Virus record (IMG/VR): IMGVR_UViG_3300005323_000042
Location: 1-64,000 of that record
Length of the DNA stretch: 64,000 nt
Direction: 5' to 3' (one strand)
Source: a virus
Taxonomy: Duplodnaviria > Caudoviricetes
This document shows positions 29,601-37,385 of this stretch, in pieces. The notes under the pieces were generated by a model. That model did no database searches and had not been told where the DNA came from. It worked only from the letters and a program-made list of their open reading frames with translations. The translations under genes were made by a program, and so were the position numbers. Numbering within the stretch: the first letter of the stretch is position 1; every line of letters starts with the position of its first letter.

Positions 29601-30135
29601 CGGGACCGGTTTTGCCCGGGACGACTTTTGCATATTTGAGCAATATATCGTCAATTCCGGATTGGTTCTGATAAAGGAGTTTGCCATTCTGAAAACGCAT
29701 TCTGCCGGATTGCAGATGCGCATTAGTAATTTTTCCACCGGAAATCTGCTTTAAGTAATCGCCTTGTTTGGTAAGCCACTCTGGTTTCAGATTGATGGCA
29801 AGATTAGAATAAACCCTGGCGCCGTATATACTCGATGCAGAAAATGCGCGCGGCATTTTGAATAACTGTTCTTCGGCAACAGCCATTGCATTCCATATCA
29901 GATCTCTTACAGTTGCAGTCTTTGCGGTACGGTATGTGTGCCAAACGTCGCCGTTGATAGTAAACTTATCTGCATACCGGAGTTTTGTAATATCTATCTT
30001 TGTTGGAATCTTACCAAGAACATAATTCAAACCAACAACAGCAGCACCCTTCCAGGCCATAGATATGGTTGTCTCGAAGGGTGACTTTTTGTAAGACTCG
30101 TTCTGTGAAGAATATGTGGCGTTTTTAAGATTCAA
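26629..30135 (-). CDS. Tape-measure-like / DNA-ejection protein (1168 aa, TTG start)
   Basis: Directly follows a tail chaperone; Ala/Gly-rich helical protein with hydrophobic segments (FTGLLAVLLTGAIAGGTIAGL; AFAMTGAAIGAAVITPFLLG). Confidence 0.6.
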   Translation of the reverse strand: MNLKNATYSSQNESYKKSPFETTISMAWKGAAVVGLNYVLGKIPTKIDITKLRYADKFTINGDVWHTYRTAKTATVRDLIWNAMAVAEEQLFKMPRAFSASSIYGARVYSNLAINLKPEWLTKQGDYLKQISGGKITNAHLQSGRMRFQNGKLLYQNQSGIDDILLKYAKVVPGKTGPGNRMSRFTKALYEQYNLHIPDSDFVITGGTSKLRAFGETASAWTTVATQNYMRLLDNPMELFGNLSKTKWYRALEADQGLGGRTFKKVGSLYNKYFRDQLGVGGANYLRGNTARLWKRHITHGFPKIIAGIAAWKISNAVLKSVLGTDAKGIAAQAYQDVTKLYSHVSEKTGLTALNKYQEEKAPGTHKFTGLLAVLLTGAIAGGTIAGLSNVGRAPLNGKMAAPKWFFDFAYKAESLGGISGKAARLANLTGKGRVGAFAMTGAAIGAAVITPFLLGSLGSNKTPEELNKIYHGEEWIPVRRGRFWTMGNTPFEGGEIDYYQPHWTVRAKTDAREKGIMPEEYYNKPVKRFIKRLFDPYYMERALDEERPYAYWGPTDYGAGLPEKLFSPLKQVLKPTVLAHPETAGKLHPAQEPQITADIPESINGIDAISTKGIYPTITSPSTVQGYASELGKSLTDTFGLQGFALRSVKDTMASGQSFIIPSMRYESSGRIMSAQRSYWDQNVGDLAGLNEWYRRLNPDRDYDTEYVHAAIRNKMPEWIGREDLKYGDPFSIIENGELRLPGRGYETLYPYLSGLNPDDYPAVHKMQILSDVAPYSAEYHMFRNAVESQIINNQLNQAGVNLYQETLRREEEVKNDTRFDTGSGPLGAYWLAVKKAGRMLPTESLYPIAPMHKFSGPVDPMTEYKSMVLLDKSFKSWEHPYKDFIKPAINKTMNILTFGNFIPKETAENAELDSYFSAMQFAKNRLLEEKANVASEQGEFEAAAYYRSGKRAALEGSNPLANISNAIGLLPKREQRFFAAFAGETETDKRSQILQTINPQTAQVLNAHWAHSDAMTMHDLDVAKQLESNMAPVQTTTEPVVLGNNVPDRNFIGYAPDVNLNAFKVKVANNLGKNIRDFDLWRQDERQAQILDATTDLYGDMPTPVPSSSSITSKNDIQNYLTNLGMHDARIISTPIRGSSVIDFQGKQNNKKDIREKMRDMGLFHY

Positions 30136-30138
30136 TTA

Positions 30139-30753
30139 TTAAAGTTCTTTTAATCTTTTGTTTTCTTTTTCAAAATCAACTGATGGTTTTTCTTCTTTTT
30201 CCCCGATAGCGAATGGTACACTAGGAACATTGTTTGTCATGAGTAGTTCTGTTTGTGCGATAAGTTTTGTCAGTTCAGGCCATTCCATATTATCAAAGGT
30301 GCCTGCATCTACCTTAAGTGCTGCGGCAACATAATTTATAATTCTTCTTTCAATATCTGTTTCGGCATCAACTCGCATTGCTTCGATATCTTCAAATATC
30401 TTTTGAGGATATGCCGCTCCTGACATTGCAACAATGGCACTATATACATTCTCTATTGATCCAGCAGGAATGATTTGCATAAGTTCTTCAATAGATATAT
30501 ATCCATTTGCAATATCTGTCGGAGTCAATTCGCCTCTCTTGTATAATGCAAAAGGACACGCATATTCAATAACACATTGCTCAAATAACATATCCTTAAT
30601 GTCTTCCTCCATATTGGAAAACACTGTAAGCAGATTTCTGAACGACTTAAATTCACCCCAAGGTATAATATGAAAAACGACCGCATGGCCGTCTTCAGTA
30701 TTTATAAGGTATAGATTTCTATGTTGTTGTTTGGCTTGTAAAATGGAGTTCAT
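30139..30753 (-). CDS. Tail assembly chaperone-like protein 2 (204 aa)
   Basis: LFEQCVI and PAGSIENVYSAIVAMSG match LFNNCVL and GAGTVDAVAFQIKYASN of 36863..37366; precedes the tape-measure-like gene. Confidence 0.6.
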   Translation of the reverse strand: MNSILQAKQQHRNLYLINTEDGHAVVFHIIPWGEFKSFRNLLTVFSNMEEDIKDMLFEQCVIEYACPFALYKRGELTPTDIANGYISIEELMQIIPAGSIENVYSAIVAMSGAAYPQKIFEDIEAMRVDAETDIERRIINYVAAALKVDAGTFDNMEWPELTKLIAQTELLMTNNVPSVPFAIGEKEEKPSVDFEKENKRLKEL

Positions 30754-32561
30754 AAGGTATTGAGATCAATATTGATAAAAGACTCATTGAAATCCAGAGA
30801 CAGTACGGAGGAATTAAAATCATATATAACTTCAGATCCAGTCTCTCCCGGAAGATAATATCTTGTATGTTTGGTTGCAGGCTGTTGCCTGTTATCGTAA
30901 CGCTCTACCTTTACGCCAGGTATTGTGGATTTTGTATTTAATGTTTTCTGTGTCAGTTTATGAATAGCAACTTCACTGCTCCATTCAGAACTATTAGATT
31001 CACCGAAGATAGCCTTGTACCTGAATTTATATATATCTGTTCGTGGAACTGTATAAATATTAGAGGTAAGATTTTTCCAGGTTTTATTCTCATAAACCTG
31101 CGTAACGTAATCTACAGCATATTTAACTTCATCATAATCTATTATAATTTTGTCATGGTAAGGCCGTAAGGTTATATTCCCGATAGTACCGTAATCGACT
31201 TCTGCTGATACAGTTGCAGACCAGGATGTCTCTTCCAGTTCGTCAAATACATTTGTGTATTGCGCCTTGTATCTGAATGTGTATGTCCCGGGCGCAGGTG
31301 CCGTATAACTCTGACCACAACTTATATATCCGTCTCCGCCATCTACCTGAACTACATATGCAGAGGCATTTGTAACGGTTGAATATGATACATTTATTAC
31401 ATCGTTAGTAATAGTCAATTGTATTGTACCTACTGTTCCTATATGATCTGTAATTTCTATAGTTGATATTTCACTATAATCAGTTTCTGATGTGGCATTT
31501 AAAGCTTTATAACGAAAAGAATAAGTCCCAGTAATTAAAACCGTAACTGGACTTATTACTGCAACCCAATTACCATTTATATATTGTTCAATTATATAAG
31601 AAGTAGCGCAATCAACTAAATCATAAGCTATTGTAATTATTTTATTATTTGAAGATAGATATATAGAGCCAATTTGACATATTGTTTCTAATCCCTCTAT
31701 TATTTTAATTGCAAAACTTTCGAGCCTGCTTAAATTTCCTGATGCATCTTGTGTATAGAAAGAAAATGTTTCACTTCCCGTTACGTTACTATGCCATGTA
31801 TAAGTTTCCAGCGTGCCATCGTAAATAATAGTGCCGTCACTTTTCTTTATAACAGTTGAATTAAACGCTGACTGCAAATAGTTTTTCCATGTAAAAGTAA
31901 CCGATTGATTGTCTCCAGCTTTTATAGCAACGACTTCTAATGGTGGATGTAGTGGCAATGTACTTGAATAACCATTATCGGTTTTCCCATATCCTCCATT
32001 TTCAATCCAACCCGTTCCCCAAAAACTACTTGATCTAAATAATCTTATCCATAAGTCATAAACATTTTCAGTTTGATAGGCACTTTTAAGTAAAGCATAA
32101 TAACCCGCAACCATTGGTGTAGCCCAACTTTCCTCTGTAGCGTTTTCAACAGTACAGGAAAATAAATCCAACCCGGGACCATAACTTCTTTCATTTACAC
32201 TAACTCCACCGCCGATACATCTTGTTCCTTTCATTAAGAAAGCAGGAGAAGATAAATAAATATGAGAGTTACTGCCATGCGCATTAAATACTGCAATCCC
32301 ATATTCTAAAGCATGTTCCCATTCCAATTTATAGGAATAAACTCCGGAATAACTTCTTATAATTATTTGATAATTATTATCTATTGCATATTGCACACAA
32401 GCAGCTATCGATTTTTGATAAGTAACAATATTACCAGCAGGTGTACCCGTCCCAATTTCAGCTATATGGCAGTCCCAAGTGGCTACCTTTTCTAAAAATA
32501 CAAGTCTTACACTTTCTTCATGCGATTCATATCCAACTGTTCCTATTACTAATGCTTTCAT
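30750..32561 (-). CDS. Subtilase (S8)-like domain fused to FN3-like beta-sandwich repeats and a sheath-arm-like C-terminus (603 aa)
   Basis: AIDNNYQIIIRS, GIAVFNAHGSN, RSYGPGLDLFS and EESWATPMVAGYYALLK align by eye with the subtilisin C-terminal half; repeated YxFRYKA strands; C-terminal IPGVKV...IDLN. Confidence 0.6.
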   Translation of the reverse strand: MKALVIGTVGYESHEESVRLVFLEKVATWDCHIAEIGTGTPAGNIVTYQKSIAACVQYAIDNNYQIIIRSYSGVYSYKLEWEHALEYGIAVFNAHGSNSHIYLSSPAFLMKGTRCIGGGVSVNERSYGPGLDLFSCTVENATEESWATPMVAGYYALLKSAYQTENVYDLWIRLFRSSSFWGTGWIENGGYGKTDNGYSSTLPLHPPLEVVAIKAGDNQSVTFTWKNYLQSAFNSTVIKKSDGTIIYDGTLETYTWHSNVTGSETFSFYTQDASGNLSRLESFAIKIIEGLETICQIGSIYLSSNNKIITIAYDLVDCATSYIIEQYINGNWVAVISPVTVLITGTYSFRYKALNATSETDYSEISTIEITDHIGTVGTIQLTITNDVINVSYSTVTNASAYVVQVDGGDGYISCGQSYTAPAPGTYTFRYKAQYTNVFDELEETSWSATVSAEVDYGTIGNITLRPYHDKIIIDYDEVKYAVDYVTQVYENKTWKNLTSNIYTVPRTDIYKFRYKAIFGESNSSEWSSEVAIHKLTQKTLNTKSTIPGVKVERYDNRQQPATKHTRYYLPGETGSEVIYDFNSSVLSLDFNESFINIDLNTL

Positions 32562-32773
32562 ATAGGTTTATCATTCTCACGATCAACAATAATCTCTATT
32601 ACATCTGTACATCCTTTAATCAATCTTCTTGTATTTGTATCTGTATTATCTATTTCCTTTAATAAAGAACTGGTTATAAACAAATCTTTTATAGTTAAAT
32701 TATTTTCAGTTACTATGTTTTTTAATTCATAGCATTCATCATACTGCTTTTTTAGTTTTATCTTAACTTTCAT
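32558..32773 (-). CDS. Small hypothetical protein (71 aa), possibly a fibre assembly factor
   Basis: ATGA overlaps with both flanking genes; follows the fibre-like gene. Confidence 0.5.
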   Translation of the reverse strand: MKVKIKLKKQYDECYELKNIVTENNLTIKDLFITSSLLKEIDNTDTNTRRLIKGCTDVIEIIVDRENDKPI

Positions 32774-34284
32774 TCATTTGCACCAATAACAGTTAATGAA
32801 CCTTGAGCATTGTAATAAAACAATTTCTGAATACCCATATCCTCACCTCTGAATAGTGTACAATTATAATTACCATATACAGCTGTGGCATCGGTAAAAT
32901 CCACAGAGGTATTTTCATCACTAAAGAAATCTTCGATTCTATTATATCTGAAAAAGCTACTTATAGTACAGTAACCAAAACCTGAACCAACAGTATTATG
33001 ATTAAAACCCTCGCTTATAGAATGATGCTCAAAACTCTGCCCAATTGTATTATATTGGAAGTCTTTACCTATACAATTTTCATTACAATTGTATCCTATA
33101 CTATTGTAGGCAAAAGCTCTTCCAACAAAGTTTAAATTAAATCCTAAACCTATAACATTATTTTGGGTGGATAAAGCTAAAGAAACATCACCCATAACAT
33201 TACAATAAAAATCACCTAAAATAATGTTATCATTAAAATTGGTAAGTGTATTTAGATAACAATTATTCCCAAAAGTATTATGATTAAAACTAAAACCGGT
33301 AGAATTTCGACTAAAACCATTTCCTAAAGAATTGCTATAAAAATTGTTTGCATTAAGTGTATTATCAGTAAAACCACGCCCTATTTTATTATCATATACA
33401 ATAGTTCCAAAAAATACACTATTGCATTTACTTAAAATATCAAATGAAGAATTGTTCAACTCTGGTTTTATAATATTATTATAAATTGTTGTATAAGAAG
33501 ACTCAACGCCACTAATTGTAGGTGCAGTTGAAAACATTTTATAATCCATATAAAGAGAGGTGGTATTAACCGTAACAGGCCAGAAATTCCCATTAAGTTC
33601 CCAATTACCTTCAGTTGTACTTACATAAGATAAATCAGTCCATTCAAATTTTTTCCAACTTGATTTATTAGAAAATTGCTGTGCTCCTAAATCATTTAAT
33701 TTTATATATATTTCAGTAGTATTAGTTTTTTTAACTACAGTACCTCTACCATAATCATGATCAGCTCCAGTAGCATCAAGACTTGATGGTGAAATCTGCC
33801 ATCTACGAAATTTTACATTTCTGAAATCGAATGGTATATCATTATTCTTTGCAGTATCTATCCTGCGATAGATATAACCTTTAGTACAACCTGGAACTAC
33901 CACTTGATCACTTGTAACTTCATAATAAATTATATCTTCAGGAAAACTTGCACTATATGCTTCGGGAGCAAGTTTATTAACTGCGATTGCAGTAACTATC
34001 AATGGTTCTACTGCCGGAGTATTGATATCAGATGTTCTCGGAATTGTATGTACAGAAGCATAATCTGTAATTCTGTATCTACGTCCTATTATTAATCCCG
34101 AACTATTTATCAATGCAGTTAAAGTGGCATAAGTAATGTTTTGAATATTTGCTTCATAAAAATCTTTTTCAGTTTCGTCAATATTGACAGTAATACAGTT
34201 TTTCGTTTTATCGATAAAAATTTCACCATCCTTGAGCGATCCTTTATCGGTTGTTGTTCCTCTTCTTAATTGTAATGTGCCCAT
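32770..34284 (-). CDS. Fibre/receptor-binding protein with Mtd-type N-terminus and Asn-ladder beta-helix (504 aa)
   Basis: N-terminal LQLRRGT...GEIFID (major tropism determinant N-terminal type); C-terminal ~10-residue N-x-(I/V/F)-G-x-x-F repeats (NTFGNNCYL, NVIGLGFNL, NSIGYNCNE, NTIGQSFEH, NTVGSGFGY). Confidence 0.7.
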   Translation of the reverse strand: MGTLQLRRGTTTDKGSLKDGEIFIDKTKNCITVNIDETEKDFYEANIQNITYATLTALINSSGLIIGRRYRITDYASVHTIPRTSDINTPAVEPLIVTAIAVNKLAPEAYSASFPEDIIYYEVTSDQVVVPGCTKGYIYRRIDTAKNNDIPFDFRNVKFRRWQISPSSLDATGADHDYGRGTVVKKTNTTEIYIKLNDLGAQQFSNKSSWKKFEWTDLSYVSTTEGNWELNGNFWPVTVNTTSLYMDYKMFSTAPTISGVESSYTTIYNNIIKPELNNSSFDILSKCNSVFFGTIVYDNKIGRGFTDNTLNANNFYSNSLGNGFSRNSTGFSFNHNTFGNNCYLNTLTNFNDNIILGDFYCNVMGDVSLALSTQNNVIGLGFNLNFVGRAFAYNSIGYNCNENCIGKDFQYNTIGQSFEHHSISEGFNHNTVGSGFGYCTISSFFRYNRIEDFFSDENTSVDFTDATAVYGNYNCTLFRGEDMGIQKLFYYNAQGSLTVIGANE

Positions 34285-34302
34285 TGTTATTTTTCCTTAT
34301 AG

Positions 34303-34482
34303 TTATTTGTTCAAATCAATATTTCGATCGTACATCACTAAGTCGATATCTTCATACGTATCATTTAAGTCGATGTTTGTTGAAGTGGTGGAACTTGCGG
34401 TTTGTCGTGCCGGATTTTTTATTCTCTCTATTTCACCATAATAGACAAAAACTCCAGGCAAGTTATTGTATGTATTGTACAT
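34303..34482 (-). CDS. 59-aa microprotein with tail-sheath N-terminal-arm-like sequence (below ORF-track cutoff)
   Basis: MYNTYNNLPGVFVYYGEIERIKNPARQTASSTTSTNIDLNDTYEDIDLVMYDRNIDLNK; GGAG SD upstream; fills the gap before the fibre gene; N-terminus matches sheath MYNQYHNLPGVYV. Confidence 0.75.
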   Translation of the reverse strand: MYNTYNNLPGVFVYYGEIERIKNPARQTASSTTSTNIDLNDTYEDIDLVMYDRNIDLNK

Positions 34483-34543
34483 AACATTACTCCGTTGTTA
34501 TTTGATTGTATTGTGTTGTATTAAATCCCTGGTCCCGAAGAAA

Positions 34544-34951
34544 TTAGAATGTATTTATTATAGATGCTTTTAATGCTGTAGTCCCTTCATTAAAACAGGC
34601 AGCAGATGCATAGATATTTTGATTGTTAGTTGTGAATGTTTCCCATTTGCCGATACTGCCGACAGAACAATAACAATCTTCATATACCACTATCGGTACA
34701 TGGTTTATTATCAAGTTGCTGAAGATCTTTATTTGCATATCTCCGTGCTCGTCTTTTGCGGCAATGGAAACAAAGAATGGTTTATATGGTTTTAATCTGT
34801 CACTTAACTCTTCAAATATTATTTTGCATCCCCACTTGCCGTTGATGACATTATCTGATTGGCCATATCTCTGACATTGATGCTCACAGGCTATTGTATT
34901 AATTTTTGCAATGAAATCTGAGGAATTCGAATGTCTCTTTTGGATCGTCAT
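34544..34951 (-). CDS. Hypothetical protein (<=135 aa, start uncertain)
   Basis: Only ORF filling this gap; overlaps the upstream gene by 53 nt; no recognisable motif. Confidence 0.35.
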   Translation of the reverse strand: MTIQKRHSNSSDFIAKINTIACEHQCQRYGQSDNVINGKWGCKIIFEELSDRLKPYKPFFVSIAAKDEHGDMQIKIFSNLIINHVPIVVYEDCYCSVGSIGKWETFTTNNQNIYASAACFNEGTTALKASIINTF

Positions 34952-35225
34952 TACATATCCACGTAACCATGTTGTTGGTTTTTTCTAGTAGTTCGACATT
35001 AATCTTTTTATTACCAACATTTAATTCGTACTCACATTTTTCCTGCAGTTGATTATTATTAGTTTCTATCATTCCAGTAAGAACGTACTTTGGTTTGGGT
35101 TGTTGTTCCTTCATTACATAAATAGATCCCATTTCTCTTGTTCTTCTAAGAATAAACGACATTTTTGTAACAGGAATATCTCCCAGTGTTATTTTAAGTG
35201 TATCATTTGATAATATTGTATTCAT
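34899..35225 (-). CDS. Small protein with partial tube-fold resemblance (108 aa)
   Basis: TREMGSIYVMKEQQP resembles tube QREKGPIYTMRQSADP; KITLGDIPV resembles VIYINDMPL of 37386..38054. Confidence 0.4.
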   Translation of the reverse strand: MNTILSNDTLKITLGDIPVTKMSFILRRTREMGSIYVMKEQQPKPKYVLTGMIETNNNQLQEKCEYELNVGNKKINVELLEKTNNMVTWICNDDPKETFEFLRFHCKN

Positions 35226-35227
35226 TA

Positions 35228-35533
35228 TTAATCCGCATCTACTATATTTAATTTGTTAAGTAGGTTCTCGTATTCTTCATCTGTATTAATAATTCCGAAA
35301 TCTTTTGATTTGACATATTCTTCGAAGACGAATGTTTCACCTTTCTGTACATCACTGTTAGCATTAAAGAATAACATTACTTTATTGCCGGTAAGTCTCA
35401 TCTGGTGTGCAAATGATTTTATCAAAGATATATTATGTTTTTTAAGTCCGTTACTTATTGGCTGGGAACTCATTGTACCATTATCATAATAGTAAGAGAT
35501 CATATGATCTCTTACGTGAATAAGTATATTCAT
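35228..35533 (-). CDS. Hypothetical protein (101 aa)
   Basis: ORF with ATGA overlap to the upstream gene. Confidence 0.55.
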   Translation of the reverse strand: MNILIHVRDHMISYYYDNGTMSSQPISNGLKKHNISLIKSFAHQMRLTGNKVMLFFNANSDVQKGETFVFEEYVKSKDFGIINTDEEYENLLNKLNIVDAD

Positions 35534-35958
35534 TGTTTTTTATTCCCAATAAATTCGGGTAATTCACCACCTTCAATAACAACAGGGGCATTCTTGTGTG
35601 TAATTGCCAAATCAATGTTAAGCGCTTCAATATTATCCTGTAAGTATTTCGATATTTTGATAAAGCCTTTCTCTTCTATTTTGTTGTCAAACCCGCGGAA
35701 TTTTACTCTTGCAGGATATATATTGCAACCCTCATGAATTAATCGCAGTCTTTGTATAATTGAGTCGAGACGTTCTTTATCTTCTATTGTTGTGGCAGAT
35801 AACATCTTACCTAATTCTTGTAGTTCTTCATTTGGATTTTCGATATTATCGTAATCAAATACGATTGCCCAGCCAAAGAGATGGAGCGCCCTATTGGTCC
35901 ACCAATTTAAACCGGTCGCCCGGAATTCTTCCCAGTTTCTTCTTTCTACCATTTTCAT
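35530..35958 (-). CDS. Conserved hypothetical phage protein (142 aa)
   Basis: WEEFRATGLNWWTNRALHLFGWAIV...YPARVKFRGF pattern that I recognise from uncharacterised phage proteins; AAGGAAGGG SD. Confidence 0.65.
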   Translation of the reverse strand: MKMVERRNWEEFRATGLNWWTNRALHLFGWAIVFDYDNIENPNEELQELGKMLSATTIEDKERLDSIIQRLRLIHEGCNIYPARVKFRGFDNKIEEKGFIKISKYLQDNIEALNIDLAITHKNAPVVIEGGELPEFIGNKKQ

Positions 35959-35970
35959 TTTATCCCTTCC

Positions 35971-36384
35971 TTAAAATTTATTGTCAAGCATTACATTGTT
36001 AATCCCGGTAGCAATCATGTCTATTTGGTCTTCGTTCAACGCTTTATCCATCTTGAACTTTTCACAGATCCCGTGCATAACTTCATGCCAGATTGTTTGC
36101 CAGATATCTTCCTTGGTTCTGTCTTTAACATATACTCTTATTGTGCTTGTCCAATAGTCTATTTGTCCCCAGTAAGCTTCGCGTTGATGGACATCTACAT
36201 CGCAAGGATTATTGACGTACAATATTTTATAAGTGGTATCCAGTATTTTAACACTGGGCGGAAATTGACTTAACTTAATCTTCCTGCTGGGTTTCTGACC
36301 AGAAGGATTAATATTTGGCTTGGGTGTAATTGGCGGTGTATTTACATTACCACGATGTTCTTTATTCGGTATTAGTGTTTTCAT
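35971..36384 (-). CDS. HExxH zinc metallopeptidase-like protein (ImmA/IrrE-like, 137 aa)
   Basis: YWGQIDY...IRVY...QTIWHEVMHGI, a minimal zincin motif; AAGGGAAGGG SD. Confidence 0.65.
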   Translation of the reverse strand: MKTLIPNKEHRGNVNTPPITPKPNINPSGQKPSRKIKLSQFPPSVKILDTTYKILYVNNPCDVDVHQREAYWGQIDYWTSTIRVYVKDRTKEDIWQTIWHEVMHGICEKFKMDKALNEDQIDMIATGINNVMLDNKF

Positions 36385-36402
36385 TTACCCTTCCCTTGAA
36401 TG

Positions 36403-36852
36403 TTATTTTAATAAAGTGATGCCACCGAATGTATATTTGATAGTTCTTATAACGACAAGATCATCAACAGATATGCCCGATTCTTCTCCTATATAAGTAA
36501 GCCCGTAGAATTTTTTGGTAGCTTTATGTCCAAACTCATCAGCGAAGCATAATTCTATTTCATTGATAGATTCGAGATCATGCTCTTCTGTTGTAGTGAG
36601 ATCTACAAGCCGTATCTCACGTGCGCCACCAGGATAGTTTTTCCAGCTAATAGTTTGTGCAAACCCGTAGTCTTTACCATCAATTCTTAAGCTTACATCA
36701 GAACCACTGAAAATCACAGTACCTGTTGATTTTGGTGCAGTTACATACTCTATAGGCAAAGAAGGTTTTACCTTCTTGCCTTTGAACAGAGCGATTAGCT
36801 TTTTAATTAGCTTCTTTATGTCAGTATATAATGTATCCGGATAGTTATTCAA
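36403..36852 (-). CDS. Short tail-tube paralog lacking the central loop (149 aa, TTG start)
   Basis: FSGSDV...AQTISW and ADEFGHKATKKFYGLTYIGEESGISVDDLV match tube FGGSDI...LQAISW and ANEYGQSMKKVIVGLEILNEGGGVSVDDLV. Confidence 0.7.
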   Translation of the reverse strand: MNNYPDTLYTDIKKLIKKLIALFKGKKVKPSLPIEYVTAPKSTGTVIFSGSDVSLRIDGKDYGFAQTISWKNYPGGAREIRLVDLTTTEEHDLESINEIELCFADEFGHKATKKFYGLTYIGEESGISVDDLVVIRTIKYTFGGITLLK

Positions 36853-36862
36853 TCGTCACCTC

Positions 36863-37366
36863 TTATAACTTTTGAATTAAATCAACGAGCATTGCTTCAG
36901 GTAAATAGTTAGAAGCATACTTAATTTGAAATGCAACAGCATCCACTGTACCTGCGCCGATTGTTGCTTTTAATTCATCACTGACAGTCGGGTATAGCAC
37001 ACAGTTATTAAATAACAGTTCATTAAACAATTCGTCTATCTGCGCCTGTGTAGTATTCTTTGGAAGCTGTTTCGATATCTTTTTAACTTCGGGTCTTGTA
37101 ACGTACCTATAAATAAATATTTCATTGGGGCTGAAACGTGTAGCATATACCTGATCGCCATACATATCCTTCCACTGATCGACCGTTTCCTTACTAGGGC
37201 CACCCTCCTGTACGATAATATCCATCATGGTGGTTGTATTATTTTCTTTATCTTTGTTTATTTCATTGGTTGCATCTTCAATGGTCTTGTCATCTATATC
37301 CATTTGGTTTGCTACCTGTGACTGTAGTGCGATCATCTGATTTGTAAAGTCTTTTTTATTAGACAT
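36863..37366 (-). CDS. Tail assembly chaperone-like protein 1 (167 aa)
   Basis: DQWKDMYG..VY...FIYRYVTRPEVK...NNCVLYP...GAGTVDAVAFQI pattern; follows the tube genes. Confidence 0.7.
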   Translation of the reverse strand: MSNKKDFTNQMIALQSQVANQMDIDDKTIEDATNEINKDKENNTTTMMDIIVQEGGPSKETVDQWKDMYGDQVYATRFSPNEIFIYRYVTRPEVKKISKQLPKNTTQAQIDELFNELLFNNCVLYPTVSDELKATIGAGTVDAVAFQIKYASNYLPEAMLVDLIQKL

Positions 37367-37385
37367 GTTTTATTCCTTTTGTTTT

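Noticed and set aside
32770-34543. Diversity-generating retroelement
   Set aside because: The Mtd-like, Asn-rich target is present, but I saw no reverse transcriptase and no second near-identical template repeat in the window.
36853-36900. Programmed -1 frameshift (lambda G/GT type) at the chaperone end
   Set aside because: No XXXYYYZ slippery heptamer near the stop; the next ORF has its own GAGGTG SD, and a separate paralogous chaperone exists.
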